A stretch of DNA of 64,000 bases. It comes from Squalus acanthias. Lineage: Eukaryota. This document shows positions 46,201-56,684 of this stretch, one piece after another (the first letter of the stretch is position 1; each line of letters opens with the position of its first letter). The notes beneath the pieces were generated by a model. The model worked only from the letters and a program-made list of their open reading frames with translations, was not told the DNA's origin and ran no database searches. The stretch covers positions 4,154,001 through 4,218,000 of the forward strand of contig JASTWF010000034.1 of NCBI GenBank assembly GCA_030390025.1, read 5' to 3'. Made by a program: the position numbers and the translations under genes.

Positions 46201-47975
46201 AAGTTACAGTTAATTGTTAACTAAGACATGATACGCTCTACAAAGGGGAATTAAAATTACAGTTAATTGTTAATTTGAAATGATGCCCTCGACACTGGTG
46301 AAGAAATATTAAAGTTAATTGTTAATTTATCATGATACCCTCTACACTGGGGAATTATGTTACAGTTGATTGTGAATTTGACAAGAAACCCTTTACACTG
46401 GGATTATTGTAATATTCAATTGTGTATCAGACTTGATAACCTTTACTTCGGGCAATAAAGTTACAGTGAGTTTTTAATTTAGACATGATATCCTCAACAA
46501 CGAGCAATAAAATTACAGTTAATTGTTAATTTGACATGATGCACTCTACACCAGGGAATAAAGTTACATTGAATTGTTAATTTAGGCATGATTCCCGCTA
46601 TTCCAGGGAATGAAGTTACAGTTAATTGTTAATTTGACATGATGCCATCAACACGGGGAATAAAGTTACAGTTACTTGTTAATTTACACATGATACCCTC
46701 TGCACCGGGGAATAAAGTTACAGTTAATTGTTAATTTAGACATGATACCCTCTACAACGGGGTATAACATTAGAGTTAATTATTTATTTGATATGATACC
46801 CTCTTTACCAGGTTATAAAGTTACAATTAGTTGTTAATTTAGACATGATATCATTCTACACCGGGGAATAAAGTTAGAGTTAATTGTTAATTTGACATGA
46901 TTCCCACTACACCGGGGAATAAATTTAAAGTTAATTTTAAATTTGTCATGAAAACATCTACAATGAGGAAAAAAAGTTAAAGTTGATTATTAATTTTACT
47001 TGATTACCTCTACACCGGGAATAAAGTTACAGTTACTTGTTAATTTAGACACGATACCCTCTGCAACGGGGAATAAAGTTACAGTTAATTGTTAATTTAG
47101 ACATGATACCCTCTACAACGGGGTAGAACATTAAAGTTAATTATTTATTTGATATGATACCCTCTTTACCAGGGTATAAAGTTACAATTAATTGTTAATT
47201 TAGACATGATATCATTCTACACCGGGGAATAACGTTAGAGTTAATTGTTAATTTGACATGATTCCCACTACACTGGGGAATAAATTTAAAGTTAATTTTA
47301 AATTTGTCATGAAAACATCTACAATGAGGAAAAAAAGTTAAAGTTGATTATTAATTTTATTGATTACCTCTACACCGGGAATAAAGTTACAGTTACTTGT
47401 TAATTTAGACATGATACCCTCTGCAACGGGGAATAAAGTTACAGTTAATTGTTAATTTGACATGATACCCTCTACAACGTGAAATTAAATTTAGAGTTAT
47501 TTGTTAATTTGACATGATACACAATACACCGGGGAATAAAGTTATATTTAATTGTTAATTTAGACATGATACCCTCTACAACGGTGTATTGCATTAAAGT
47601 TAAGTGTTTATTTAATATGATACCCTCTTTGCCAGTGTATAAAGTTACAGTTAATTGTTAATTTTGACATGATATCCTCTACACCGGGGAATAAAATTAC
47701 AGTTAATTGTTAATTTAGACATGATACCCGCTACACTGGGGAATGAAGATACAGTTAATTGTTAATTTAGACATGATTCCCTCTACTCCGGGGAATGAAG
47801 TTACAGTTAATTGTTAATTTAGAAATGATTTCATCTAAACCGGGGAATAAAGTTGCACTTAATTTTTAATTTGACATGATACACTCTCCAACAGGGAATA
47901 AATTTACAGATAATTTTTAACTTAGACATGATGCCCTCTGCACAAGGAATAAAGTTACAGTTAATTGTTAATTAA

Positions 47976-48045
47976 GATCCCGGTTGAGGCCGTCCTCATG
48001 GGTGCGATCCATGGCTATCAGTTTCTGCTCGACGATTTTGCGTTG
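47976..48045 (-). mobile_element. Same Penelope-like fragment, copy 2
   Basis: Same junctions as copy 1, 5 clustered mismatches in 70 bp; reads QRKIVEQKLIAMDRTHEDGLNRD. Confidence 0.75.
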
Positions 48046-51000
48046 TCTAAACCTGGGAATACATTTACTGTGAATTGTTAATTTAGACATGATTCCCTCT
48101 ACACTGGGGAATAAAGTTACAGTTAATTGTTAATTTTGAAATGATGCCCTCTATACCGGTGACTAAAGTTACAGTTAATTGTTAATTTCGAAAAGATGCC
48201 CTCTACATTGTTGAATAAAGTTTCAGTTAATTGTTAATTTCTACAAGATGCCCTCTACATTTTTGAATAAAGTTACAGTGAATTGTTAATTTCGACATTA
48301 TTCCCTCTACACCGGGGAATGACGTTACAGTTAATTCTTAATTTGACATGATGCACTCTGCACCGGGAATAAAGTAACAGTTAATGGTTAATTTAGAAAT
48401 GATTCCCTCTACACCGGGGAATTACAATTACAGTTAATTGTTAATTTGACATGATGGCTTCTACACCATGGAATAAAGTTGAAGTTGTATTTGATATGTT
48501 ACGCTCTACACCAGGGAATAATGTTGCAGTTAATTGGTAACGTAAACATCAAACCCTCCACACTGGGGAATAAAGTTACAGTTTACTGTTAATTTAGAAA
48601 TGAGATCCTCTACACCAGGGAATAATGTTACCGTTAATTGTTAATTTGACATGATACCCTCTACACCGTGGATTTAAAATTACAATTAATTGTAAATTTG
48701 ACATGATGCCCTCTACACCAGGGAATAAAGTTTCAGTTATTTGTTAATTTCGACTAGATGCCCTCTACATTGGTGATTAAATTTACAGTTAATTGTTTAT
48801 TTGACATGATGCCCTATTCACCTGGGTATACATTTACAGTTAATTGTTAATTTAGATATGATATCCTCTACAACAGGGAATAATATGACAGCTAATTATT
48901 ACCTTAAACATCATACCCTCCACACCGGGGAATATAGTTACAGTTAATTGATAATTTTGACTTGATGCTCTCTACACAGGGGAATAAAGTTACATTAAAT
49001 GCTTAAGTTATACAAGATGACCTCTACAACGAGGAATAAAGTTACAGTTAATTGTTCATTTAGAAATGATACCCTCTAAATCGAGGTATAAAGTTACAAT
49101 AAATTGTTAATTTGACATGATGCCCTCTACACCTGGAGTAATGTTAAAGTTAATGGTTAATGTAGAAATGATTCCCTCTGCACCGAGGAATTCAAATTAA
49201 AGATAATTGTTAATTTGACATGATTTCCTCTACACCGGGGAATACAGTTACAGTTAATTTTTAACTTAGACATGATGCACTCTGCACTGGGGAATAAAGT
49301 TACACTTAATGTTTAATTTGACATGATGCCCTCTACAGCGGGGAATAAATTTACAGATAATTGTTAACTTGGACATGATGCCCTCTACACAGGGAATAAA
49401 GTTACATTAAATTGTTAATTTAAACATGAGAACCTCTTCACCGGGAAATAAAGTAATAGTTAATTATTAATTTGACATGATACCCTCTACACCGGGGAAT
49501 AAAGTTACAGTCAATTGTTAATTTCGACAAGATGCCCTCTACGTTGTTGAATAAAGTTACAGTTAATTGTTAATTTAGACAAGATGTACTCTACACCTGG
49601 GAATACATTTACAGTGATTTGTTAATTTAGACATGATACCCTCTACACTGGGTAATAAAGTTAGAGTTAATTGTTAATTTGACATGATGCCCTCTGCATC
49701 GGAGACTAAAGATACATGTTAATTGTTAATTTGACATGATACACTCTACACCGGGGAATACAGTTAGAGTTAATTGTTAATTTGACATGATGCCCTCTAC
49801 ATTGTTTAATAAAGTTACAGTTAATTGCTAATTTAGACATGATTCCTTCTACACCAGGGAATGACGTTAAAGTAAATTATTAATTTAGAAATGATTCCCT
49901 CTACACCGGGGAATGTCGTTACAGTTAATTGTTAATTTAGAAATGATTCCCTCTACACCGGGGAATTGAAATTACAGTTAATTGTTAATTTGACATGATG
50001 CCCTCTACACCGGGGAATAACGTTGACGTTAATTTTGTATTTGATATGTTATCCTCAACACCACGGAATAATTTTACAGTTAATTGTTAACGTAAACATC
50101 AGAAACTCCACACCGGGGAATAAAGTTACAGTTAATTGTTAATTTGACATGATATACTCTACACCTTGGAATTAAAATTACAATTATTAGTTAATTTGAC
50201 ATGATGCCCTCTACACCGGGGAATAAAGTTTCAGTTATTTGCTAATTTAGACATGATATCTTCGACACCGGGGAATAAAGTTACAGTTCATTTTTAATTT
50301 GTCATGATAACCTCTACACTGGGGAATAAAGTTAGAGTTGATTGTGAATATGACACGAGGCCCTTTACACTGGAGAATACTGTTTCAGTCCATTGTTTAT
50401 AAGATTTGTTATCCTCTAAGCTGGGGAAAACAGTTACAGTTGATTGTTAATTTGAAATGATATCCTCTACACCGGGGGAAAAAGTTACAGATAAATGCTA
50501 ATTTGACATGATTGCCTCTGCACCGGGGTATAAAGTTAAAGTGAATTGTTAATTTAGACATGATTCCCTCTACACCGGGGAATGAAGTTAAAGTTAATTG
50601 TTAATTTGACATGATGCCCTCCACAACGGGACTAAAGTTACAGTTAATTGTTAATTTAGAAATCATTCCCTCTTAACCAGGGAATAAAGTTACAGTTCTT
50701 TGTTAATTTTACATGATAAACTCTACACCAGTGAATGAATTTGCAGTTAATTGTTAATTTCGACATGATACCCTCTACAACGGGAAATTAACATTATAGT
50801 TATTTGTTTATTTGACATGATGTCCTCTACAACGGGAAACAAAGTTACAGTTAATTGATAATTTGACATGATACCCTCTACAAAGGGAAATTAAAATTAC
50901 AGATAATTATTTATTTGACATGATACACTCTACAGCGGAAAATTAAAATTACAGTTAATTGTTAATTTCGACATGATGTCCTCTACACCGGGGAATAAAG

Positions 51001-52159
51001 TTAGAGTTAATTGCTAATTTAGACATGATACCCTGTACAACGGGAAATTAAAATTACAGTTAATTGTTTATTTGACATGATGCCCTCTTCACCTGGGTAT
51101 AAAGTTACAGTAAATTGTTAATATAGATATGATATCCTATACACCAGGGAATAATGTTACAGTTAATTGTTAACTAAAACATCATACCCTCCACACCGGG
51201 GAATGTAGTTACAGTTAATTGATAATTTTGACTTGATGCTCTCTACACCGGGGAATAAAGTTACATTTAATTGTTAAGTTATACAAGATGCCCTCTACAA
51301 CGGGGAATAAAGTTACAGTTAATTGTTAATTTAGACATGATACCCTCTAAGCCGGGGTATAAAGTTACAATTAATTTTTAATTTGACATGATGCTCTCTA
51401 CACCGGGAATAAAGTTACAGTTCATGGTTAATATAGAAATGATTCCCTCTACACCGGGCAATTAAAATTACAGTTAATTGTTAATTTGACATGATGTCCT
51501 TTAAACTGGCGAATATAGTTACTGTTAATTGTTAATTTGACATGATGCCCACTACACCGGGGAATAAATTAACTGATAATTGTTAACTTAGACATGATGC
51601 CTTCTGCACAGGGAATAAAGTTACAGTAAATTGTTAATTTAGACATGAGAACCTCCACCGGGAAATAAAGTAACAGTTAATTATTAATTTGACATGATGC
51701 CTTCTACACCTGGGAATAAATTTACAGTGAATTGTTAATTTAGACATGATTCGCTGTACACTGGGGATTAAAGTAACAGTTAATTGTTAATTTCGACCTG
51801 ATACCCTCTACACTGGCGAATTAAAATTACAGTTAATTGTTAATTTGACATGCTGTCCTCTACACTGGGGAATAAAGTTACAGTTAATTTTGTATTTGTT
51901 ATATTACCCTCTACACCAGGGAATAATGTTACAATTAATTGTTAATGTAAACATCAAACCCTCTACACCGGGAATAAAGTTACAGTAAATTGTTAATTTA
52001 GGCATGATACCCTCTACAACGAGGAATAATGTTACAGATAAATGTTAATTTGACATGATTGTCTCTGCACCGGGGAATAAAGTTAACGTGAATTGTTACT
52101 TTAGACATGATTCCCTCTATTCCGCAGAATTAAGTTACAGTTAATTGTTAATTTGACAT

Positions 52160-52743
52160 TGTTGGTAAAAAATGAATTCACTTGAGTCTGTCTCAAAGCA
52201 GAAGATCACAGTTTATTTAACAGAGCGCATTGGGAGAAGAGCCATACACCCCGCGGTCTAGTAATCAACTTCTCGTCGTTACAGTGGTATCGGAACTTCT
52301 TTTAGACATTATAGAGCCGGATACGCAATTCATTACATACAAATGTCTCCACCAAATCACATTCCCCTAGCAACAAGCCCCTTACCCAATCATATATCTC
52401 CACCACTGACTTAATTATAATCTGCACTATAAGCTAAACTTTCTTGTTACTTCTCTTCCGAAACTGAAAACATACAGAGTGTTGCGCCACATTTGCTTGG
52501 CCGGACTGGCTAGTCATGCGGTGATTGATTCTCAATTGTAACCGTTGGGCTATTATCGTAGTCTTTTGTTCCTTATTGGTGGGCTTCAGCTATCTCGCAC
52601 GTACGCATGTTGACAGTAGACATTACTCATCACACTGTTTCAGAGAAGCCATCTGTCTTGTCTTATTTACGAGTTCACCTTTTACAGCACGTTCTTTAAA
52701 TCTTTACGTTGCTTCTTTAAGCCCTATAATTTACACCCTAACA
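52160..52743 (-). repeat. 3' LTR (584 bp)
   Basis: Minus strand begins TGTTAG (52743) directly after PPT and ends CCAACA (52160); AATAAA at 52212-52217; homologous to 57968-58320. Confidence 0.92.
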
Positions 52744-52753
52744 GTCCCTCCTG
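52744..52753 (-). promoter_or_regulatory. Polypurine tract
   Basis: Minus strand ...CAGGAGGGAC|TGTTAG immediately before the 3' LTR. Confidence 0.75.
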
Positions 52754-52937
52754 TTGGTCCCTGATCAAGACTCTTTTCTGACAGGGAACCAGCATCATGC
52801 GGATTTCTGGTAATGTAAGTAGATCTTTGATACAGCATTTGGCAGTACTTCTTCGTATTCTGGCCTGATGTTCTGTATGTTTACATTCCAGGGGCTCACA
52901 GTCCGTTAGTCAGACTGTGGCATCCTTGTATACGGAC

Positions 52938-54068
52938 TCATATCCACACATTTCTCTCTCCAGGTGTCAATTGGTTAACCATCATGACACTTACAGCATG
53001 CCATGACATTTGAGCGCAACAACATTTTAACAATAGGACCAGACCATACATCACTAATATTATAACAAAGAACAAAATCAATCCTTGTACTACTGATGTC
53101 CCGAGTGATCCCAACCATCCAGTTGCCCAGCCCCAAAGGGTGGATGCTGGAGGTTGTTTTAATTTTTTTTACTTCTTCCTGTATGCGTGATGCCAAGTCA
53201 GTTATTGCTTCCGAGTTGTCTGGTATGTAGGTGCAGCATTTTGTACCTATTAGGGCACAGGTTCCCCCTTTTACTGCCAACACATAGTCAAGGGCCATCC
53301 GATTTTGTAGAGCTACTGTGCGGAGGGCTGCCATGTCTGCATTAACCTTAACTAGGGCTTCAGTAGTATCGTTGGCCACCTGCTGCAAGACGGGGGCCAG
53401 GTTAATGGATTCCCTTGCCAATTTACCAGCTCCATACCAGGAGAACGCAATTGCCCAGAATCTTTCAGTCTCCGTGATGGCTCGTCTGGCTCTCCCGTGG
53501 AGGTCCTTCAGTGAACCCATGTGTTATATGTAGCGTTCAACATAAGCCAGATAACAAGAACCCGTCCATTCCCGGGGCAACCAGGGATAGGCCCTATGAC
53601 CGCACACGAAATGAGTCCCGTTGTAGGGGGTATACTTATTTACCTCTGGGGGGTCCGATTGTACCTCGTTCTCAGGAACGGTGGTAGATAGGAAGCGTTA
53701 TATGTTGACTGTGTCCACCCACTACAATATTCTGAGTTGTACCCATGACGTTGGAGCTTTGCCATAGTGATGCCGTCTGTCTTGGCTTCATAACAGCCCT
53801 CACTTGTGCATCCTGCTCTAACTCCAAACATCTAACTGACCGTCTCATCATCACTATGTGGGATTGGTTGTAGGGGGACTCCGTCCTCCGAGTGCGTGGG
53901 GACATGGGCGCAGACCCAACAGCTGGCAACATCAACTCTCTTGGCATATGTGTATGACATATATAAAAAGGTGTTCACCCGTAACCCTGTTTTGGCCCAT
54001 GGGGGCACTCTAGCCTGAGTCCTCCCGAGGCTACATATTATGATTATACAAACAAGAAAACTACACAT
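52938..54068 (-). pseudogene. env: Gamma-type retroviral envelope, disrupted
   Basis: Signal peptide MCSFLVCIIIICSLG, CWVC (CXXC), NGTHFVCG...WTGSCYL, furin site RARR, immunosuppressive domain LQNRMALDYVLA, CX6CC (CALIGTKCC), and after a frameshift the anchor GLILFFVIILVMYGLVLLL ending TGA at 52938-52940. In-frame stops at 53832, 53640 and ~53526. Confidence 0.95.
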
Positions 54069-54147
54069 GATAGTTAACTTTATGTTAACAATGTCCCAAA
54101 GGCTATATCGCCAACCGAACCACTTTGTTGCTTGTAGATTTTATTTT

Positions 54148-54180
54148 CCTGTGGGGGTGAATAGAATACGGTCATTAGGC
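54148..54180 (-). promoter_or_regulatory. Candidate env splice acceptor with branch point
   Basis: Minus strand CCTAATGACCGTATTCTATTCACCCCCACAG|G: CTAAT branch-like motif, pyrimidine tract, CAG, 80 nt before env ATG. Confidence 0.7.
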
Positions 54181-54402
54181 TGGTTCCTCGATCATAATCA
54201 TTTGGATTCCCTCCTCCTGCTCGACCGATTGGAGTCGATGGGATTGTTCCCATACATACTTCACGATACATCCCATGGCGTATCCCATTATGACAATGCA
54301 TATTGTCCATACCAACGTTCGTACCAGCACCCACTTGCATTCTTTGTATTGTCTAGCGTATTCTTCACTTCCCACAAAAGGTACTTGCTCTGGTGTAGCC
54401 AT
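54175..54402 (-). CDS. 75-aa single-pass membrane ORF between pol and env (candidate accessory gene)
   Basis: ATG two bases after the integrase stop (TAA-AT-ATG, context AATATGG); hydrophobic WVLVRTLVWTICIVIMGYAMGCIV flanked by charged segments; acidic C-terminus. Confidence 0.5.
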   Translation of the reverse strand: MATPEQVPFVGSEEYARQYKECKWVLVRTLVWTICIVIMGYAMGCIVKYVWEQSHRLQSVEQEEGIQMIMIEEPA

Positions 54403-54404
54403 AT

Positions 54405-55270
54405 TTAAGCTGGCGAAGGGTCATAGACTTTTAGCTGTGTCCAGTGCTTCCATCGTCCCATGCCCTTCATATCAATGCAAGCACACGTATCTCCACTAAG
54501 TAAAATCTGATATGGTCCTGACCATTTTGGGGCAAGCTCGGGATTCCCTGGTAAACCTTTAACTATTAACTTAGTCCCGGCTGGAGGGATATATGGGAAC
54601 GCGGTCAATTCTAAATCCTTATCCTTTTCTTCGTGTCTGTCCCGCATTTGCTGCCTCATTTCCTTTAATTGACTGCTAAATTCGAGGACATACCTTCGGA
54701 GCCTATCCTTTAGAGGACCCACATCCTCTCCTCCAGTTATTATGCCATGGGAGAGTTGCATTGCCCTCCCCGTCATTTGCTCATATGGTGATAAGCCCGT
54801 TGTTCGGTTTGGAGTGGCTTTTAGTTTCATTAAGACTGCTGGTAACATATCTACCCAATGTTTGTCCCCTAAAGCCTAGGCTAAGGCTGTTTTCAATGTT
54901 TGGTTCATTCGTTCCATCATTCCAGAACTTTGGGGATTGTACGGAATATGGAATTTCTGCTTATGCCCATCCACTTGCATACATTCTTCACTACTGCTCC
55001 CGTAAAGTGAGTTCCCTGATCTGAGTCAATTTGGATCGGTATTCCCCACCTGGGAATTATTTCCTCTGCCATTATTCGTGCCATGGTGGTGGCAGTACAG
55101 TTCCGGGTTGGGAATGCCTCGACCCACCTAGTAAACTGGTCTATTATTAACAGGCAATACTTCTTACCCCTTGACGTGGGGAGTGGTCCGATAAAGTCTA
55201 TTTGTATAATTTCCCATGGGCCCCTCGGCCGTTGTTGGTGGGCCATCTGTATCTTAACGGGTCGTCCTGT
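54405..55270 (-). pseudogene. pol: Integrase core and C-terminal domain (HHCC domain absent)
   Basis: PWEIIQIDFIGPLP...IDQFTRWVEAFP...IDSDQGTHFT, frameshift near 54960 to HIPYNPQSSGMMERMNQTLK (DDE complete), one stop at ~54876, TGLSPYEQMTGR, WSGPYQIL (GPY/F motif). Confidence 0.95.
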
Positions 55271-55760
55271 TTTGAGGTCGTCCATACTGACTTCATTGCC
55301 TTGCATATATTCCCAAAGTCTCCTTCCTCCTTCCCGTCCCGGGCCAATTTTTGCACTTCCTACTGTTGCCAAATGGCAAAGTGGCTTTCCCCAGTTTACT
55401 TTTTTCCCGTCTCCCTGTACCCAGGTTAACTTTCCTTGTCGTGAATCTATTAACAAATTAAATTCTTTTAACAAATCTATTCCTAAGATAGTCCCCTCAC
55501 TGGTTGGGCATACATAAAATTGTGCGGGTAATAGTTGTCCCGCTAATTCCAATACTTGTACCTCACTTTTAAATGCATGTAAACGCTCCCCTCCCAACCC
55601 CACTATGTCTATCCTTTGTTTGGTGAGGGGAAGGGGGAAAATCGGTAATGGATACAGAAGCTCCCGTGTCTACACACATATCGCACTGCCTGCCCCCTAA
55701 CAGTGCCGGTACATAGACTCTGGGATCTTCCTTCTCCCTCTTGATGGGGGCCGCTGCTAG
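55270..55760 (-). pseudogene. pro: Retroviral aspartic protease
   Basis: In frame after gag TGA: LAAAPIKREKEDPRVYV...MCVDTGASVSIT (DTGA at 55659-55670); 1-nt frameshift in C-run at ~55635; then IVGLGG flap and ILGIDLL. Confidence 0.93.
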
Positions 55761-56684
55761 TCAGTGGTCGCCAACATGTTCCTTTACATACTGCAGGAAC
55801 TTTTGATACATATCAATGGTCCCGGTCTGGTTTGGCTCTTCCTTTTTTGTCCAACACCTCTCGGTTGAATGTCCCGGTCTTCCGCAATTCCCACATACCG
55901 GTCGGTTTTGTTTGGGGGCCCTACATTCTTTTGCCATATGACCCAACTTCCCACAGTTAAAACATGCCCCTTTCTTTCTTTGCGACAGTTCCCGTATTCT
56001 TGCGGCCCCTACTCTTTCTTGTTTTATTACTAGTGTTCGTTCCGCCTCTTTGGCATCTATCTGACACGTCCACTGGACCGCCGCATCATATGTATTCGCC
56101 GGCACTATTCCCATTTTTAATATCGCTTGGTGGGATTGGGACAACCCGTTCTTAAACATTTGAATAAAGGGCTGGTCTGTCATCTGGGGATTTGCTTGTC
56201 CCGATGATTCCTGGTATACGACGAACAATCGTTCGCCATAATAACTACTGCTTTCCCCTTTCCGCTGTTTTATTATCATTATAAGTCCCCAATTTGATGA
56301 GGATCCTCCTAAGGCCGCCTGGACCGCTGCTTTAAAGGGGTTGTAGCCCGCGAGTTGGGCCGCCTTGTCCGCAATTAAGGCGATACGGCTGGTACAGCCA
56401 CTGTCTCGGTGACCGTTTTGGATATCCACCTCCCTCCATTTGTCAGCCGGGCATTTAGCCCGTACCAGCTGGTGGATATCCCGAGGATGGAGGTCGTGGA
56501 TATCCCACATCTCCTCGAGATTTCTCCAAAATTCTCCATTTGTGCTACGGGGCTTCAATGTTCCCAAACCTTTCAATATTGTTTGTGATTCTAAGTGGCT
56601 AAAAGCTTTGTACTTGGCTGTGGTATTCTGTACCGTTCCCTCTCTTTTTAAAGGGGCTGCCTTGACTACGTTTGGGTTCTTTTT
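55761..56684 (-). CDS. gag: Gag capsid + nucleocapsid portion (open frame, 55761-56744 ORF)
   Basis: MHR-like IKQRKGESSSYYGERL, FIQMFKNGL, two CX2CX4HX4C knuckles CFNCGKLGHMAKEC (55923-55964) and CGNCGRPGHSTERC (55854-55895). Confidence 0.93.
   Translation of the reverse strand, partial: KKNPNVVKAAPLKREGTVQNTTAKYKAFSHLESQTILKGLGTLKPRSTNGEFWRNLEEMWDIHDLHPRDIHQLVRAKCPADKWREVDIQNGHRDSGCTSRIALIADKAAQLAGYNPFKAAVQAALGGSSSNWGLIMIIKQRKGESSSYYGERLFVVYQESSGQANPQMTDQPFIQMFKNGLSQSHQAILKMGIVPANTYDAAVQWTCQIDAKEAERTLVIKQERVGAARIRELSQRKKGACFNCGKLGHMAKECRAPKQNRPVCGNCGRPGHSTERCWTKKEEPNQTGTIDMYQKFLQYVKEHVGDH

Larger units (their letters stand above)
37780..48640. repeat. Nested higher-order duplications (~1.8 kb and ~4.2-4.8 kb offsets)
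   Basis: GGGCATACTGTAACAGTCAATTGTTTATAAAAC at ~39234, ~41038, ~45268; TTCAATTGTGTATCAGACTTG at ~40281, ~42033, ~46415; foreign insert at 43181 and 47976. Boundaries approximate. Confidence 0.8.
1..52159. repeat. Satellite DNA array, 51-52 bp monomer, roughly 1000 diverged head-to-tail copies (runs off left edge)
   Basis: Continuous recurrence of GACATGAT(A/G)CCCTCTACACCGGGGAATAAAGTTACAGTTAATTGTTAATTT(A) in a single orientation; copy number is length/monomer estimate; last monomer ends ...ATTTGACAT at 52159. Confidence 0.98.

Noticed and set aside
1..52159. CRISPR array
   Set aside because: No unique spacers, no cas genes, vertebrate context.
1..52159. CENP-B box in monomer
   Set aside because: TTCG and CGGG occur, but I did not see the required TTCG-N4-A-N2-CGGG spacing.
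52975..53520. Domesticated syncytin-like env
   Set aside because: Multiple stops in SU and a frameshift before the membrane anchor.
54080..54340. 86-aa ORF overlapping the pol-env interval
   Set aside because: No motif or membrane segment and crosses the env acceptor; the 75-aa frame is the better candidate, though this one cannot be fully excluded.
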